A stretch of 64,000 bases of DNA from NCBI GenBank assembly GCA_017654855.1, contig CM030332.1:7378001-7442000 (forward strand), read 5' to 3'. The position numbers were made by a program, and so were the translations under genes. Below are positions 47,656 through 60,812 of this stretch, piece after piece. This stretch comes from Podospora anserina (taxonomy: Eukaryota). The number at the start of each line of letters is the position of its first letter. Position 1 is the first letter of the stretch. A model generated the notes under the pieces. That model was not told the origin of the DNA and searched no databases. It saw only the letters and a list, made by a program, of their open reading frames with translations.

Positions 47656-49887
47656 TCATCTCGGATTACCCTCTCCTCGCGTGGGTAGTTCAAAGTCTGG
47701 ATTGGAATTAAGAAGTAGATCGGCAGGGCGGGGACCGTTATTCCCAACTGGTCGCCGGGGTATCATTTGCGGCATCTCTGGTGGTGGCTGCCACCGAGGG
47801 TTGATCCCGCGCTGCGAAATAGACGTGAAGTTAGACCGCTCAGATTCGGCCGGGCTGCGGGCGCCCTGGGGAATGTCCTCGTATGAGTTAGCCAACTGTA
47901 GGGGCTGCAGAGGAGGTGTTCTTGGCCGGGGTGAATTACTAGCTGCGGGAGGCGCAGGCTCGGCGAAGCGAGGGTCCACATCCTCGTAGTACTCACTAGG
48001 GGCCGGTCTTAGCCCTGGGTTTGCTTGCTGCTGTTGTGGAGGTTGGAGGTTAGGGCCAGGACCGCCCCTGAGATCAACAGGTGGCCGGGTGGAAACAGCT
48101 GTAAGTGGTGACGGGGTCCTGACCGGATTCTGATTCCAGGCTTGCCTAGGGGGGACATATGCGGTGCTGGACAAAGAGGTTACTATGGCAAGGCCGTGGT
48201 AAGGGGTGGTGCATCGAGGAAGCAACTTACTCATCCTGGCTATATCTGCTGGCGTCGCTGACATACGTGTCATGTCTCGCCCCTGGTGATAACCTCGCCT
48301 GCTGCATGGCTAGCATACCCGCAACATCGGAATCGCTATCCCGGATTCCATATTGTCCCACGCCACGGTTGCTACCCGTCGCATCCATCTCCACGGCCTG
48401 GGTGGGAATGCCATCGTCGATTCCTGGGAGCGGTGGTGGCGACTCTGCCCTGGGAAGGCTGTCGCGGTTGTTGGGGTTGTAAGCATTGTATCCTCCAGCC
48501 GACACATTCGAGGCCGATCTGCTGACATATCCAGGCGCGGACGGCGGACCTGGTGATGGCTGCCGGGCATCATATGGGACTGGCCCGGGCCCGTATGGAC
48601 CTGCTGGTGATGGTCTTCTGTCGTAAGGCCCGGGAGTTCCCCGATAGCTTGGCGGAAGAGGCCGTCCACCGCCACCACGGGGTGGCGGTGGACCATACCC
48701 ACCCCTGACACTCGGCGGAGTGCCGTGACCACCACGGCCCTGCGGACCGCCATACCCCCCGCGCCCTCCTCCTGATGATGGCCCATATCCATTGTAACCA
48801 CCCCTGCCGGGCCCCGGGTATCCTCCGCGACCTCTGTAGCCTCCTGGAGGACCTCCGCCTCTCCCTCTCGAATTCATCCGTTCGTAAGAGGGTGCCCTCA
48901 TAAGATACCCGTCAGGACCAGGCGAGGGATCAGCATAACCTCGCGAACCCGGGGTGTTGGTCATGGACCTTTGTGCCGTGATGTCCGACGGATTAGGACC
49001 TGTATCGTTGACATAAGTGGTCGAGCCATCTGTCGCGTAGTTGTTGTTTGGGGATCGGTCAGTCGGGCTCATCGAGGTGAGCGGCACCCTCTCATCACTG
49101 CTTCGATCATCCTTCTTCTCGAATGAAGCAAATTCGGGGAGGGCGTCTGGTCTTCCGTTGGCACCGCTGAGCATCGAGACAGTAGGCTGCTGGGGTGCAG
49201 GGCTAGTGGACACAGGAGGAGCCTGTTGCAACTGCCGATTATAGTAGTTCTCTCCACTCATCTCTGCATTTTCAGCGATGCGCTGCTTCCTGGCCTTTCT
49301 GCTAACGATCGTCCTACGCATAGCACACGAAACCAGCCCGCTGATGGCAACCAAAACGGTAGCAGCCAGAACGATGTAGGACCCCCACGCCATGTGCGGC
49401 ACGAAGAGGAGCACATCGACCAGGAAGCTCAAGAGGCAAACCAGGAAGGTGAAGATGCCAAAGATGAACAAGGCTAACAAGTATCGACCCGAGTGAGCCG
49501 GGCTATGCAAGTGGGCAACCACAGCCAAGACGAACATGATCAGTGTCAGAAGCGCGGCGACCGGGTGGATGACGAGAAGAGTGGTCAGGGTAGTTCGCGT
49601 CCCCGCGGGGATGTCAAAGCCATCGGCGCTGAGTTGTTCTGAATCGAGATGGTTAGCAACCGCGGTATTGCCAACAACCGTACGACATGATAACACTTAC
49701 GAACATCGTAGCCGATCTCTATAGGGGTGCAGCTCCCGCCATTGCAGAAACCAAAAACTCCAAAGTCAACGCCCATCCACTGACCCAGCGGAATAGCGCT
49801 GATAATCGGAGCCGACAAAGACGAGAGGAGCAGTAGACAGAATGCCGCGAAGAGAAGCACCGACAACGGTGTCGCAGGTCGCAGCAT
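47656..49887 (-). CDS. palI: pH-response regulator PalI/Rim9 (SUR7/PalI family membrane protein)
   Basis: Exons 49887-49701, 49638-48231, 48166-47656. Starts MLRPATPLSVLLFAAFCLLLLS, then FGVFGFC...C...IGY, VIHPVAA, FLVDVLLFVPHMAWGSYIVLAA and CAMRRTIVSRKARK.RIAENAEMSGENYY. Gly/Pro-rich tail with YYEDVDPRFAE, SNFTSISQRGINPRW and NPDF. Confidence 0.93.
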
Positions 49888-50246
49888 GTTGACAGAGAGC
49901 TCCAGGCGAGAGGACCGTGAAAGTGGTGCAAGGTGAGATTGCCAGCGTCGTCAAGACGCGGCAGGTCAGAGCGAGGTTCGATTCCTCAGTTGAACCACCG
50001 AGTAGTATGAGCGGCTGAAGGGAGTGTGATGCTCAAGGATCGTGTGCGCATACGGTCGGTCAGATACATGCGAAGGAATTGGTCGAGACTGTAGCGAACG
50101 TGTGTGTGCTGTGCAGTAGCGGAGTTCGCAGTTCGTTCATCGGCCGCTCATTGTTGTCGACGATTGATTTCGGCAAAGTCCAGCAAGTCGTCGCGCGCGG
50201 CGCTTGGTGTTCCGTCCAGCAGTTTATTTTCTTCTTTTGTTGAAGA

Positions 50247-50311
50247 GATAGGATGGGATAGGATGGGATGGGATGGGATGGGATGGGATGGGATGGGATG
50301 GGATGGGATGG
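50247..50311. repeat. (GGGAT)n pentanucleotide microsatellite upstream of palI
   Basis: About 13 GGGAT/GGATA units. Confidence 0.93.
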
Positions 50312-52309
50312 CGGCGGGGTGCTGTCGCTCTTCGATTCTCTCGAGATCCGGAGTCGAGCTAGTTCGCGATTTCCCAGCAAAGGGAATGCATTGAGATTGG
50401 CGACGACGAGTTGCACACACAGCGCGATGCGAAGCACTGGTGGTGAGGTGACGGGGGGAGCGCAATTGGAAGCGGGAAATGGGGGGTGGGAAAATCGTTA
50501 GGGGGTCGAGCCTGGGCCACTTGCCCGCTGCAAGCATGTGGGGAACAGCGAGCACGCACACCTAGCTCTTGGCTGGGATGGCCTCGCCGTACCTCGCTTC
50601 GAGGCGCAGCTTCTGCGTAATTACCACTGAAGAATCTTCAACACACATCACGGCCATTCCACGCTTGATGCGATACACATGAGATTACGATGTACTTTGA
50701 GGTCTTCCGAGCCCTCTGGAGACTTGGAGACACCTGCTCGCCTGCATCTGATATCACTTCCCGCTCCGGAGCCCCCAAGAAGGACCAACCTGGGGCCCTC
50801 CTCATCAATGTCGTCAGTGCATGGACTGGTCTAATCCGCGCGTTGGTTGACAACCACTCCACAACAGTCAATGTCTGTGTATCTTTACACGGTGCAAGGG
50901 TGACGGGACGTCAAACTCAGCCAGTGAGTGAGTGGCCTGCGGTATGAGCAGCCTACAGCCGCCGGAATCATGATCCGCTCTTCCTCAGGCCCCCACCTCG
51001 TCCGCCGGGTCTCACTCTGTCGTCCCGAGAAAAGCAGAAGTAGACTCGGAGCACTGCTTCCTTGACCCCTATTTTTCTCCAAGAACCCTCACCCGCAGCG
51101 AGCCCGTCAGTCTGGCTCTGGCGAGTGGCTGGTTCATTCCATATTCTCAGGTCTACAGGTTCCCGTGGCTTTGGGTTGCGCGAACTGGATCAGGAAGGTC
51201 ATTCCCGTGAGTTGCTGGATCTGGCTACAGGCACATGGCACGCTTCTGCAGGACCGCCGACGCAATAAAAACCTCGCTTTGCATGGTGGTTCGGAGCACA
51301 CAGTCATGAAATGCAAGAATACCGGGACGACGCAATCATTGGACGAGACGCCTCACTAACTGACGCAGCTCGAGTCTCACAACCAGGCTTTTCAGGGAGC
51401 CGAACAAAGCCCGTGATGGCAACAAAAGGCCACCGCCAGCTCAGCAGGAGAGAGCAGGCGAGTCAGGATATGAGCATCGAGTTGACGTTTGGCTCAGACG
51501 GCGCCAAAATCAAAAAATCAAACATGGGAGTCATGGTCAAGACGAGGCCTCGTCTGTGGCCGTAACCTCACGCAAGAGGAACGTCACGGCGACGAGCCTT
51601 TATCAGTCGTTGGTGTCGCGGCCAATTTCCGGCATTCTCTCTCCCTCCTCGCTCATTTCTCCTTGTCTCCCACACTCGTTCGCCATTTTTGCAGTCAGGG
51701 TTGCAATCCGCTACGGCTGTTGGCCCTGATTTGGCTACACAGTTTTAAAACTGGATGTTACGTCGGGATTCCATGAACAATCCGTGATGGCTTCTGGACC
51801 CCAAAGGACTGCTGTATCAAGCTTCACCAAGCTTCGTCAGGCAGCCTTCACCAACCGCAAACACTGTCGCATTGTTTTCAACCCCATGGTCCGCCACCTT
51901 GTGAACCCGGTCTGGCACCCAGAGAGGGCGAGGGAGAGGTTGTCGCCAGTTTGTTAGGGGATACCTCCGCCCTCACTAATTCTGGGCAGCCTTATTGGTA
52001 CCGCGTCATCTTAGTTTCAGAACAAGCTTCATGGCAGGTCCACACATCCACATCTCAGATGCAGATAGCTCCACATACGGATCCCTGCTGTTTTGATATC
52101 CCCAGATCTTCTCTTTCAACCGGAGGTATCAAGGGGCTGTTGTTTACAGCCGCTCATGTATGTTTAACTACCCTGTTGCAAACTGGTGGGTGAGGTATCG
52201 TCAAGGTCAAACACGGCCGCAGAACCTAGCTAGCTCCGCGACAGGCCCACATAGAATAGAGAAGACTTGCGACTTGGCCAGTCATGATGATCCTTAGTTT
52301 TGCAGAGCC

Positions 52310-52505
52310 TTATATACAATGTCAGGAACAAAAGAATTAATACTGTGACTCAGCAAGACGTATAATGACTATTAATCTATAACCCTTTCCAATAAAAATA
52401 AAGCTTTTTACCCATTTTTTAAGCCTATGAACTATCTGTTAAAGCTCATCAATTGTTTTTTAGAACATGTTAATTATTTTAAGGCTTATCATTAAAGTTC
52501 AACTA
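52310..52505. other. Short AT-rich island, possibly RIP-eroded sequence, upstream of the ABC1 kinase gene
   Basis: Local drop in GC with many TA/TAA; no recognisable element ends. Confidence 0.35.
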
Positions 52506-52914
52506 TCATCAAAGTTCGAGTATCATCGACATCAGAAACATCCATCATCATTGAGCAGGTGCCGTAGTGCTTTCTCAAGACCAAAGACTGCCAGAGATAA
52601 CTGTCGGCACCTGCTAGGTAACCCCGATCGGCGTCGGAGACATTACAGATAACACGGGGGCAAAGTGGTCGGAGGAGGCGGCAAAAAGCGGGCCAAGCTC
52701 GATCGGCATCGGAGGGACTTGAGAGCTTGGCCTTGCTCGCTTGTCAGTCGTCATCGACAAATCTCACAAACAACCTCACCCGGTCTCGACACCTTTTTTA
52801 GCTCGACAGCTCTATAAACAACACAATGAATGGCGCAGCTGGTGGCTTCAATATCTGAGAACTAAACCACAGAAAAGAAATCATCCTATTTCTCGCCAGC
52901 GCGCCCAGCGCATC

Positions 52915-55027
52915 ATGTGGCGCCATGGCCTCGCCGGCAGCACAGCCGGCAGCCGCCTCCATCTGTCCGCCACCATCACGAGAACAAGAACGACAACAAC
53001 CTCAGCTCAGACACTGCGCTTGCCACGCCCTTGGCGAACAATCGTCACCTCACCATCACATCGCCGACCCCTCCACCCCTCATCCGGTCCCTTCGAGCCC
53101 CTCCGACCCCCCTCCCCCTCCTCGCTCGGCGCTCCCCGGGCCGCGAGATCGTACCCCCGGGCCGAAAAATACCTCCGCCGCCTCCTCGTCATCTCTGCGC
53201 TCCTCGGCGCCGGCTATCTAGTAGACTCCCAAATCTACGCCTCCGGCATAGCCCGCTCCCTCCGCACCTTTGGCACCGGCCTCCTAGTAGCAGCCGACTA
53301 CAAGCTCAACTTCCGGCCTCACCCCATCCCTATAATCGGCTCCAAATCCGGCATCCCCGAGCTCCACCGCCGCAGCGCGGAGCGCATGTCCGACTTGCTA
53401 CGGCACAATGGCGGGCTGTACCTCAAGATCGGGCAGGCAATCGCCATGCAGAGTGCTGTCTTGCCGCCGGAGTTCCAGAAGATGTTCGCGAGGATGTTTG
53501 ATGATGCGCCGCAGGATGAGTGGGAGCTGGTGGAGAAGGTGATTAGGGATGATTTTGGGGGCAGGTCGGTAGAGGAGGTTTTTGGGGTGGATTTCACGGG
53601 GCGGGATGAGAGCAAAGGTGTTATGGAGAAGACTGCGAGGGCGAGCGCGAGTGTGGCGCAGGTTCATTGGGCGAGGTTGCCGGATGGGAGGGAGGTGGCG
53701 GTCAAAATTCAGAAGCCCGAGATTGAGAGGCAGATTGGGTGGGATCTGTGGGCTTTCAAGTGAGTTCTTTGCTGTTTTTGGATAGCGGTGGTGCTGACGG
53801 CCGGTTGGTAGGGTCGTGATGAGGGTATACACCTGGTGGTTCGACCTGCCAATGTACTCCATGGTCCCCTTTGTCAGCGAGCGACTGAAACTCGAAACCG
53901 ACTTTGAAAACGAAGCGCGCAACTCGGAAGTCATGCGCGAGCTCATCAACGACGAGCCCGCTCTCAGAGGAAGAGTTTACATCCCCCCGGTATACCCCGA
54001 ACTGTCCTCCAAGCGTGTCCTCACGACCGAATGGATCGAGGGCGTCCGGTTCAACGACAAGTCCGACCTCACCCGCCCCTGGCGAGGCGGTCACGGGAAC
54101 TACTCCCCAGGCGTCCACGGCGAGCAGCTCCCTTCTCCAGACATGCCCTCCCTCCGCGCCGCCCTCCGCCAGAACCCGGACCGGCAACGGCTCAAACCCG
54201 AGCGCAGCTCCTGGCGCGGACCCAACCTCACCGGCGGGCTAGGCGTCTCCCCCAAGGACGTAATGACCACCATCGTTGATCTATTCTCGGCCCAAATTTT
54301 CAAGTTCGGCGTCGTCCACTGCGACCCTCACCCAGGCAACATGTTTGTCCGCCGGCTCCCCAACGGAAAGCCAGAGCTGGTCCTCATCGATCACGGGTTA
54401 TACGTCTACATGTCTGACCAGTTCAGGCACGACTACGCCTCCTTCTGGAAGGCCCTCATGACGTTTGACAACGCCAAGATCGTCCAGATCGCATCGGGTT
54501 GGGGGGTGAAAGGCGCGGAGATGTTTGCCTCGGCCACACTGATGCGGCCGTACGAAGGAGGCGAAAACAAGGTTCAGAAGGAGTTCCTCAAGGCCATGAA
54601 GGCCAGGTCGCCGAGCGAGAGGAATTACGAGATGCAGAGGAGGATGAAACAGGGAATAAGGGACATGCTCGCCGACGAGGAGAAGTGGCCGAAGGAGTTG
54701 ATCTTTATCAGCAGAAACATGAGGATTGTGCAAGCCAACAACGCCAACATGGGGAGCCCCGTGAACAGGATCAAGATCATGGGGGTCTGGGCCAGCAGGA
54801 GTCTGTGGCAGGATAAAGGGTTGGGGTGGAGGGAGAGGGTGGGAAATGCGTGGAGGCATTTGCTTTTCAAAGGGGTTTTGTGGGCGAGCGATGCCGTCTG
54901 GTGGTTCTTTCGGGTGAAGCAGCTGCTGGGGAGGGGAGGGGGGATGGAGGACGAGGTGGAGGTGAAGATGAGGGAGATGGCGAGGGAGATGGGGATTGAG
55001 TTGCAGCATGATGTTTTTGCGGGGTGA
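52915..55027 (+). CDS. ABC1/UbiB/ADCK atypical kinase (Mcp2/ADCK1-like), mitochondrial
   Basis: Exons 52915-53759 and 53812-55027. Motifs NGGLYLKIGQ (KxGQ), ASASVAQVH (Ala-rich loop), VAVKIQ, ETDFENEARN, LTTEWIEG, VHCDPHPGN and LIDHGLY. Confidence 0.93.
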
Positions 55028-57553
55028 GAGGTTGGGGTTCTGGGGAATAAGGAACAGGAAAGGGAACACGGAACTGAAGGCTAAGAAGGCCGTGCATCAT
55101 ATGAACAGCAGGAAGACAGATACAGGGCCAGGCATCAGGTGGGGTGGTGCATTTGGTGTGTTATCATGAAGCCAGAAACTGATACCCCCTTTTGGCGTCT
55201 GGGAAGGAGACTTGTAGCAAGGAAGCAGGGAGGCCGCCAGGTTATTCAGTTGTGATGGGAGTCACAAAAGACAGAACTAGGTATGTATGATATACATGAG
55301 AGAGGATGTAGAGCGTGCATCGCATCGCATGGCATGGCATCGCATCGCATCGCGTCCACACTTCCGACGGGCCTGCCTCTTTCCGTGATTTGATCTCTTG
55401 GTTCGAGGCTTTGGCCACTATTTAATTTCCCCACCTATGCAAACACTGTCTGTGTTCACGACGCTGCGAGACAGATTGGATCTATGCGGAGAGACCAGGT
55501 CATCTGGATGTAGGGGTTTGGAAATGGAGGCCCGAAAGGCTTGTCGTCGGAACTACAGAGTAAACGATACTGTCTGAGGCGGTCGGTTCGTCCGTCGTTG
55601 CTAGAAGGCCAGAAACGAAACACACTAGCTACAGATTTGCTGTTCTGTAGGGCTCGAGCAGAGTGGAAACACGGTCCATCTCAATCTCATTCTCCATCCA
55701 TGGCCGTTTGGACACTTTGGCAGTTTTTGACAGCTGGCCTGTGACGTCGGTCCACTTGAGCTATCACTCAAGTCTCGTGAGATAGAGCTTGCAACTTTTA
55801 TTTGCTGGCAGCTACTAAAGAGTTTCATGTGTCCACGGTCATCCATTACACTCTCTTATCTCTCGAGCACGTATACCTCTGAACAGAGTCATCAACCGTT
55901 GGACCACAACAGACCGAACACCCAAATCTAGCTTAGCGTCCAGCCCCATGACCCTCCAATGTAGAAAGAGTGGGTCGGTTTATGCTGTCTAAGTCTGAAA
56001 CACACCAAATCCCGATCTCACCTCTTCTCCACAATCCGGATCCTGCCCCGTTCAGGGCTGTCCTGGCTTTTTGGAGCATGCATTGCAGTTTTGTCGGCGT
56101 CCAAGAGATTGGGAAGATTGGGGGATTGCAGCTCCTCTTCCGGAACTCTCACCTCTTGATATGAAGTGATCATGCAGTCTGGCGTAAGCAATATCGCAAA
56201 ACCCAGCTGTCAGCTTTGTGCCTCGGTCACGTCCTTCGAGAAAGAAAAAAAAAGGGAAAAAAAAAGACCACCGCTAGTAGGACACGGACATCTCGTCTGG
56301 GGGGGAGGGTCGGAGTTGGGGCGGACCGTTTCTCTCTTCACGTGGCTTGTGGAACTCGTTTCTTTCCTTCTTCCAGGCCGTGCCCTCTATCAGAATATCG
56401 ACGGTTGTGTGACAGCAAAAAGCATGCTGTCTGAACGGGTTGTTGCATGGGCTGATCAGCGGTGATGCGTAGGCGCCCTTGGTTGTGTATCGTCGAGAAG
56501 CAAGAATCGGTCAGAGGCCTTGGATCTGAAGACTGGTTGATGAAGAAACGGAACGCGCATGGAAGCATGTTGGGTGTGATTCCGGACATGTGATTGGCTG
56601 CTTCGACTTGCGACCTCAGCCATTTAGACCCTGCAGTTTAAAGGAGGCGAGGTGTTGCTTTGATATTTCCCATTGTCGGCGTTCTGTTGGATTGTCATCA
56701 AAGATTGTCCAAGAGGTAGCGAAAAGGCTAGGTGACATTTAGCGATCGTCTAATGTCTGTCGACGGCATGGACGAGATGATGGGGGTCAGATATAGGGCG
56801 GGGTGCAGCGTCATGGCCGTCCGGTCTCTTGCCCGGATGAGACATGCAGGAAAGGGGTTCATCCAGGACCTTTGGTGAGAGCAGCGAACTGATCATCTGA
56901 ATACTCGGCAATGACCTTCGAATGGTCCTTTCGAACTGCGCAGGTCCGAACCAAGCGTGTTTAGGTGGCAGCAGGTTTCCAGTGTGGCCGGGTCCATCTG
57001 TTTTAGCTGCCCCCCCCCCACCCCCCCTGCTCTTATTTGCAGTACCGCGGGTGCAGGTACCATCAGCCAATCTCTTCCATCATCGGACTTTTTTTTTTTC
57101 TCTTTGCGCGCTCCTGATGAACAGGTGCCGTCCTCTTCTTCTTTCCAACGCCCCTCGGTTTCCCTAGAAGGACCGTTCGCTGCATCACATTCGTCCCACG
57201 AGTCCTGGAAGGCTGTTTATCGCCCGACTTGTTGTCTTCGACCGCTTCACACCTTTTTGTTTGCCTCCCCCGCCGTTTGTATCTGTACACTCGGCTTGTC
57301 GTTCCTTTTTACGCGTGAGCAAGTCTCCACTACCGACCTACCATATCCAAGCGCGTGCCGCCGAGCACTTGTGTCCCCGTGAGAGTTGTGGCCGCTGTAT
57401 CGCCACCGAAGCCCCGGGTTTTGATAGAGGGTTGGTGTGTAAGTCTGAGTTCAACTTAAAACGTCATATCATATCAGGTGGGACTGGTCGGGTTTGAGAA
57501 ACGGATGCGCCGTCAGGCTGTTTGCGACAAGTGGAGGGGGACGAGGAGCAGGG

Positions 57554-57581
57554 TGTTGCTAGGAAGCTGTTCCTAGCGACA
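57554..57581. repeat. 12-bp inverted repeat with 4-nt loop
   Basis: TGTTGCTAGGAA-GCTG-TTCCTAGCGACA: 11/12 Watson-Crick pairs plus one T:G. Confidence 0.8.
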
Positions 57582-57672
57582 ACCTATCCACCATCAACCA
57601 CATGAAGAGCATCGTCGCAATCAAATCGCGGGGTAACAAGTGGTGGTTCCACTGGCGCATAGATACGCGCAG

Positions 57673-57740
57673 CAGTTGGGAACTGTCGATTCGGAACTGT
57701 CAATTGGGAGCTGTCAGTTGGGAGCTGTCAGTTGGGGAAC
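57673..57740. repeat. 14-bp degenerate tandem repeat (CAGTTGGGAGCTGT) x ~5
   Basis: Units start at 57673, 57687, 57701, 57715 and 57729. Confidence 0.85.
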
Positions 57741-58373
57741 CGAAGATGTGAACAAGAACGTGTGAATGTGTTTTGATGCTGACAGGCTCCTCGCCAGAAG
57801 CTCTGCAAACCTACCCCCAGGGACGTCGAGTGTTTGTTACCCACCCACCACCGCACGCTCCCGAAACGCCCTTGCCTCTTTTTGCGACTTCCCTCAGGAT
57901 CACCACCTGACACTTTGACTTTTATAAGACAGAGTCACGGTGATCGACAACCAAACCAAAGCTACTAGTAGCAGGAGCCCTTGACACGCCGCCAGCGAAA
58001 CTGTGTTTTGCACTACCTTCGATTCTTACCGTCCTCTTTTATCAACGCCGTCGACGCCGGTTGCGACCCCAGTCAGCTTTGCGACCTGCTTTTCCAAAGG
58101 TTAGCCGCCACTCGAGACAGAGTTTGCTTGCTCGCCCCTCCCCCGTTCAAGTTCCAAGCTGATCCGTCCCCATCTACGCCAGGCGTTCCGTCAGAAGCTA
58201 ATTCTGCGAGCTCGACCGTGTCCCGGCCCTCGGTAGGTCTTGTCTGCACACACAGACCAGAGCCTCACAGCTCGAGAGCAGCTGTGGCTTGCAACGTCCG
58301 GCCCGTTGTGCTGCTTCCCCCAGCAGCGGACTGGCGAGATAACATTGACTCCCGTCCTCTTTGAAGGAGGCCA

Positions 58374-60035
58374 ATGTCCCATCCCATTCGTCGCTCTAGC
58401 CTCGGTGGAATGTTGTTGCGTCGCAGCAAGAGCGCCGACTTGAAGAAGCAGCAGAAGCTGGCCCGGGAGCAGGAGCTCCAGCGCCAGCGTGATGCTGTTT
58501 CCAAGTCCCCGCCACGCCTGCCGGTCTTGTACAATGGGGCCCCTGCGCCTCAGTTAGGTCTCGGTGGTGAGGCCCGCCCCGACTCGATCGCTATCGTTTC
58601 TGGCAGAGCCGGGTATGCTCCTGCTCCCTCGGCCGGCCCCCCCGCCGACGCCGCTGCTTTCGCTACTCCTGCCCCACGCCCTTCCGTGGAGCCAGCTCGC
58701 TCGAACTTCAGCATCCCCCCTCCTCCTATTCCCAACGGTGGCTTCGACCCTTACGCTGGCACTGGGAGCATGGCACATCGCGGTCGCTACAGTTATGCCA
58801 GCAGCGCCATGAGTACCATCAACAGCCCCAGAAGAGTCAGGAGGAGGAAAGATCCTACTCCTTTCAAGTAAGTATCGCTTCCGCGTAAATCCCAGCTCGT
58901 CAGAGTCCAGCATGATTAACCCGAGCTCCCTCGTAGCATTCTCGTCATTGGTACCTCCAATTCCGGCAAGTCATCGTTTCTCGAGTTCCTCAAGGCCGCA
59001 CTTGCTCTCCCGGCCAAGAAGCGCTCCAAAAGCACCATCGAACACGAAGAGATCCCCAAGCCACCGCCGTCCGGGAACTTCATTCCCCATTACTTGGAGA
59101 CCGAAATCGACAATGAGCGTATTGGTTTGACCCTGTGGGACTCGGAAGGGCTGGAGAAGAATGTGGTGGACTTGCAGCTCCGAGAGATGTCGGGCTTCCT
59201 CGAGAGCAAATTCGAGGAGACGTTTGCCGAGGAGATGAAGGTTGTGAGAGCCCCTGGTGTACAAGATACCCACATTCATGCCGTCTTCCTGGTCCTCGAC
59301 CCGGCACGACTCGACCGGAATGTCGCCGCGGCCAAGGCAGCCGGTGCCAACGGTCACGTCAACGGCGGCAAGCATTTTCCCCATGCACGCATCTTGGGCA
59401 GCCTTGACGAGGACCTCGATCTCCAGGTGCTCCGAACTCTTCAGGGCAAGACCGCTGTCATTCCAGTCATTGCCAAAGCCGACACCATCACAACCAAGCA
59501 CATGAATGTGCTTAAGAGGTCGGTCTGGGACAGTCTCAAGAAAGCCAATCTCGATCCCCTGGAGGCTCTGGGCTTGGATGCCGATGACGACGAGTCAACT
59601 CCTGATTCGAGCAAGATTCTTGAGGAAGACGAGGATGAAGAAGAGCATCCATCATCGAACAGCGAGGCTGAGGGAAGCACGGACGGCCAAAGCCTACCTA
59701 TTCAGGGACAGAGCCCGTTTCCCAATTCCAAGAGGCTCTCCAATGGCTCTGTCCGCCGAAGCAAGACAGAAGACACCCTAAAGGACGACGAAGTGCCCTT
59801 CTTCCCCATGTCGATAATCAGTCCTGACATCTACGAACCCGAAGTGGTCGGACGCCAGTTCCCATGGGGCTTTGCCGACCCATACAATGAGGAACACTGC
59901 GACTTTGTTCGTCTGAAGGAGGCTGTGTTCAGCGAGTGGCGCGGCGAACTTCGCGAGCTCAGCAGGGAACAATGGTACGAGGGCTGGAGAACCAGTAGGC
60001 TCAAACAACGAGATGGGGCGAAGCTTCGCAGATAG
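58374..60035 (+). CDS. aspE: Septin, group 5 (AspE-type)
   Basis: Exons 58374-58867 and 58937-60035. Basic RVRRRKDPTPFNILVIG precedes G1 GTSNSGKS. Divergent G3 LTLWDSEGL, QDTHIH, G4 IAKAD and septin-unique element GRQFPWGFADPYNEEHCDF. No C-terminal coiled coil. Confidence 0.88.
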
Positions 60036-60766
60036 AGTTGACGTTGACCAGCCCTGGTTTCGGATCGACCACTCCGATTTTCCCGACGCCAGGGATGTCG
60101 ATTTCTTCCCCTCTCACCGGACCCTAACCCTTTGGGTTCCGGTATGAGCACCACACGCCAGAGTGGCTTTGCACGACATTGCGCGCCGTTACCAAAGAAC
60201 TGCGCCTTTTCCTTTCCCTCATCGCCAGGGTAGCATCCCTCCTGTCTTCCCGTTCCTCGGGGTTGGGTCATAGGTCCCTTTTCGGCTGTTTACGACTTCC
60301 ATCTCTAACGATATTTCCAACGCGCACAGAATGCAGTATGTGGACCGTCAAGTATGAGTAGCCTCCGGATATGGGGTTCGTTGTTTGGCAATCGTTTCGG
60401 TGGCATGGTTTGCGGGCTCTGGGGACCGTTGGGCTTACCAGTTAGGGACCTTACCCTATCCTGCCTTCTCTTTTCTTTTCTTTCCTTTTTGTACACAAGG
60501 ACTGTTTATCTTCATATGGCCGGACACAAAATACCCATTTTTTACTCTTCTGACAAAGATCCGATAGCTCGTATGGGCAGCCAAGAGGAGGCGCAAGTCG
60601 GAACAAAAAGGCGAAAGGAGGCTTGGTTCAATTAGCCCTGATTTCCTCTTCATTTTCACTTGTCCCCTTCCTTGTGTTACTTGTCTTCTTCTGTCTACTG
60701 AGCTCTGGAATACCACTGTTTTTCTACTCATGATCGCCCCTGTGTCGTACTGTTTATGCTGTTTAT

Positions 60767-60767
<1 letters not shown>

Positions 60768-60809
<42 letters not shown>

Positions 60810-60812
60810 ATG
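60768..60812. repeat. Compound (CT)n(GT)n microsatellite
   Basis: Directly visible. Confidence 0.9.

Noticed and set aside
49925-49997. tRNA-like 73-nt stretch (GGTGCAA...GAGGTTCGATTCCTC..TTGAACCA) antisense to the palI leader
   Set aside because: It has a T-loop-like hairpin and 6/7 acceptor pairing, but no U8 or D-arm, the central hairpin has a 5-nt loop in the wrong position, and the T-stem/acceptor register is off. Probably chance; tRNAscan-SE would settle it.
50560-52300. Short ORFs and a single PacC-like GCCAAG site upstream of palI
   Set aside because: The ORFs are unrecognisable, and one hexamer is expected by chance.
57673-57740. Regularly spaced repeats as a CRISPR-like array
   Set aside because: Eukaryotic context, contiguous 14-bp units with no unique spacers, and no cas genes.
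60010-60035. Septin C-terminus ...GAKLRR* containing AKL
   Set aside because: AKL is not terminal and no splice or stop variant exposes it.
22870-60035. Seg1-like, PalI (SUR7 family) and septin genes as a plasma-membrane-organisation cluster
   Set aside because: They are spread over 37 kb with many unrelated housekeeping genes between them; nothing in the sequence supports functional clustering.
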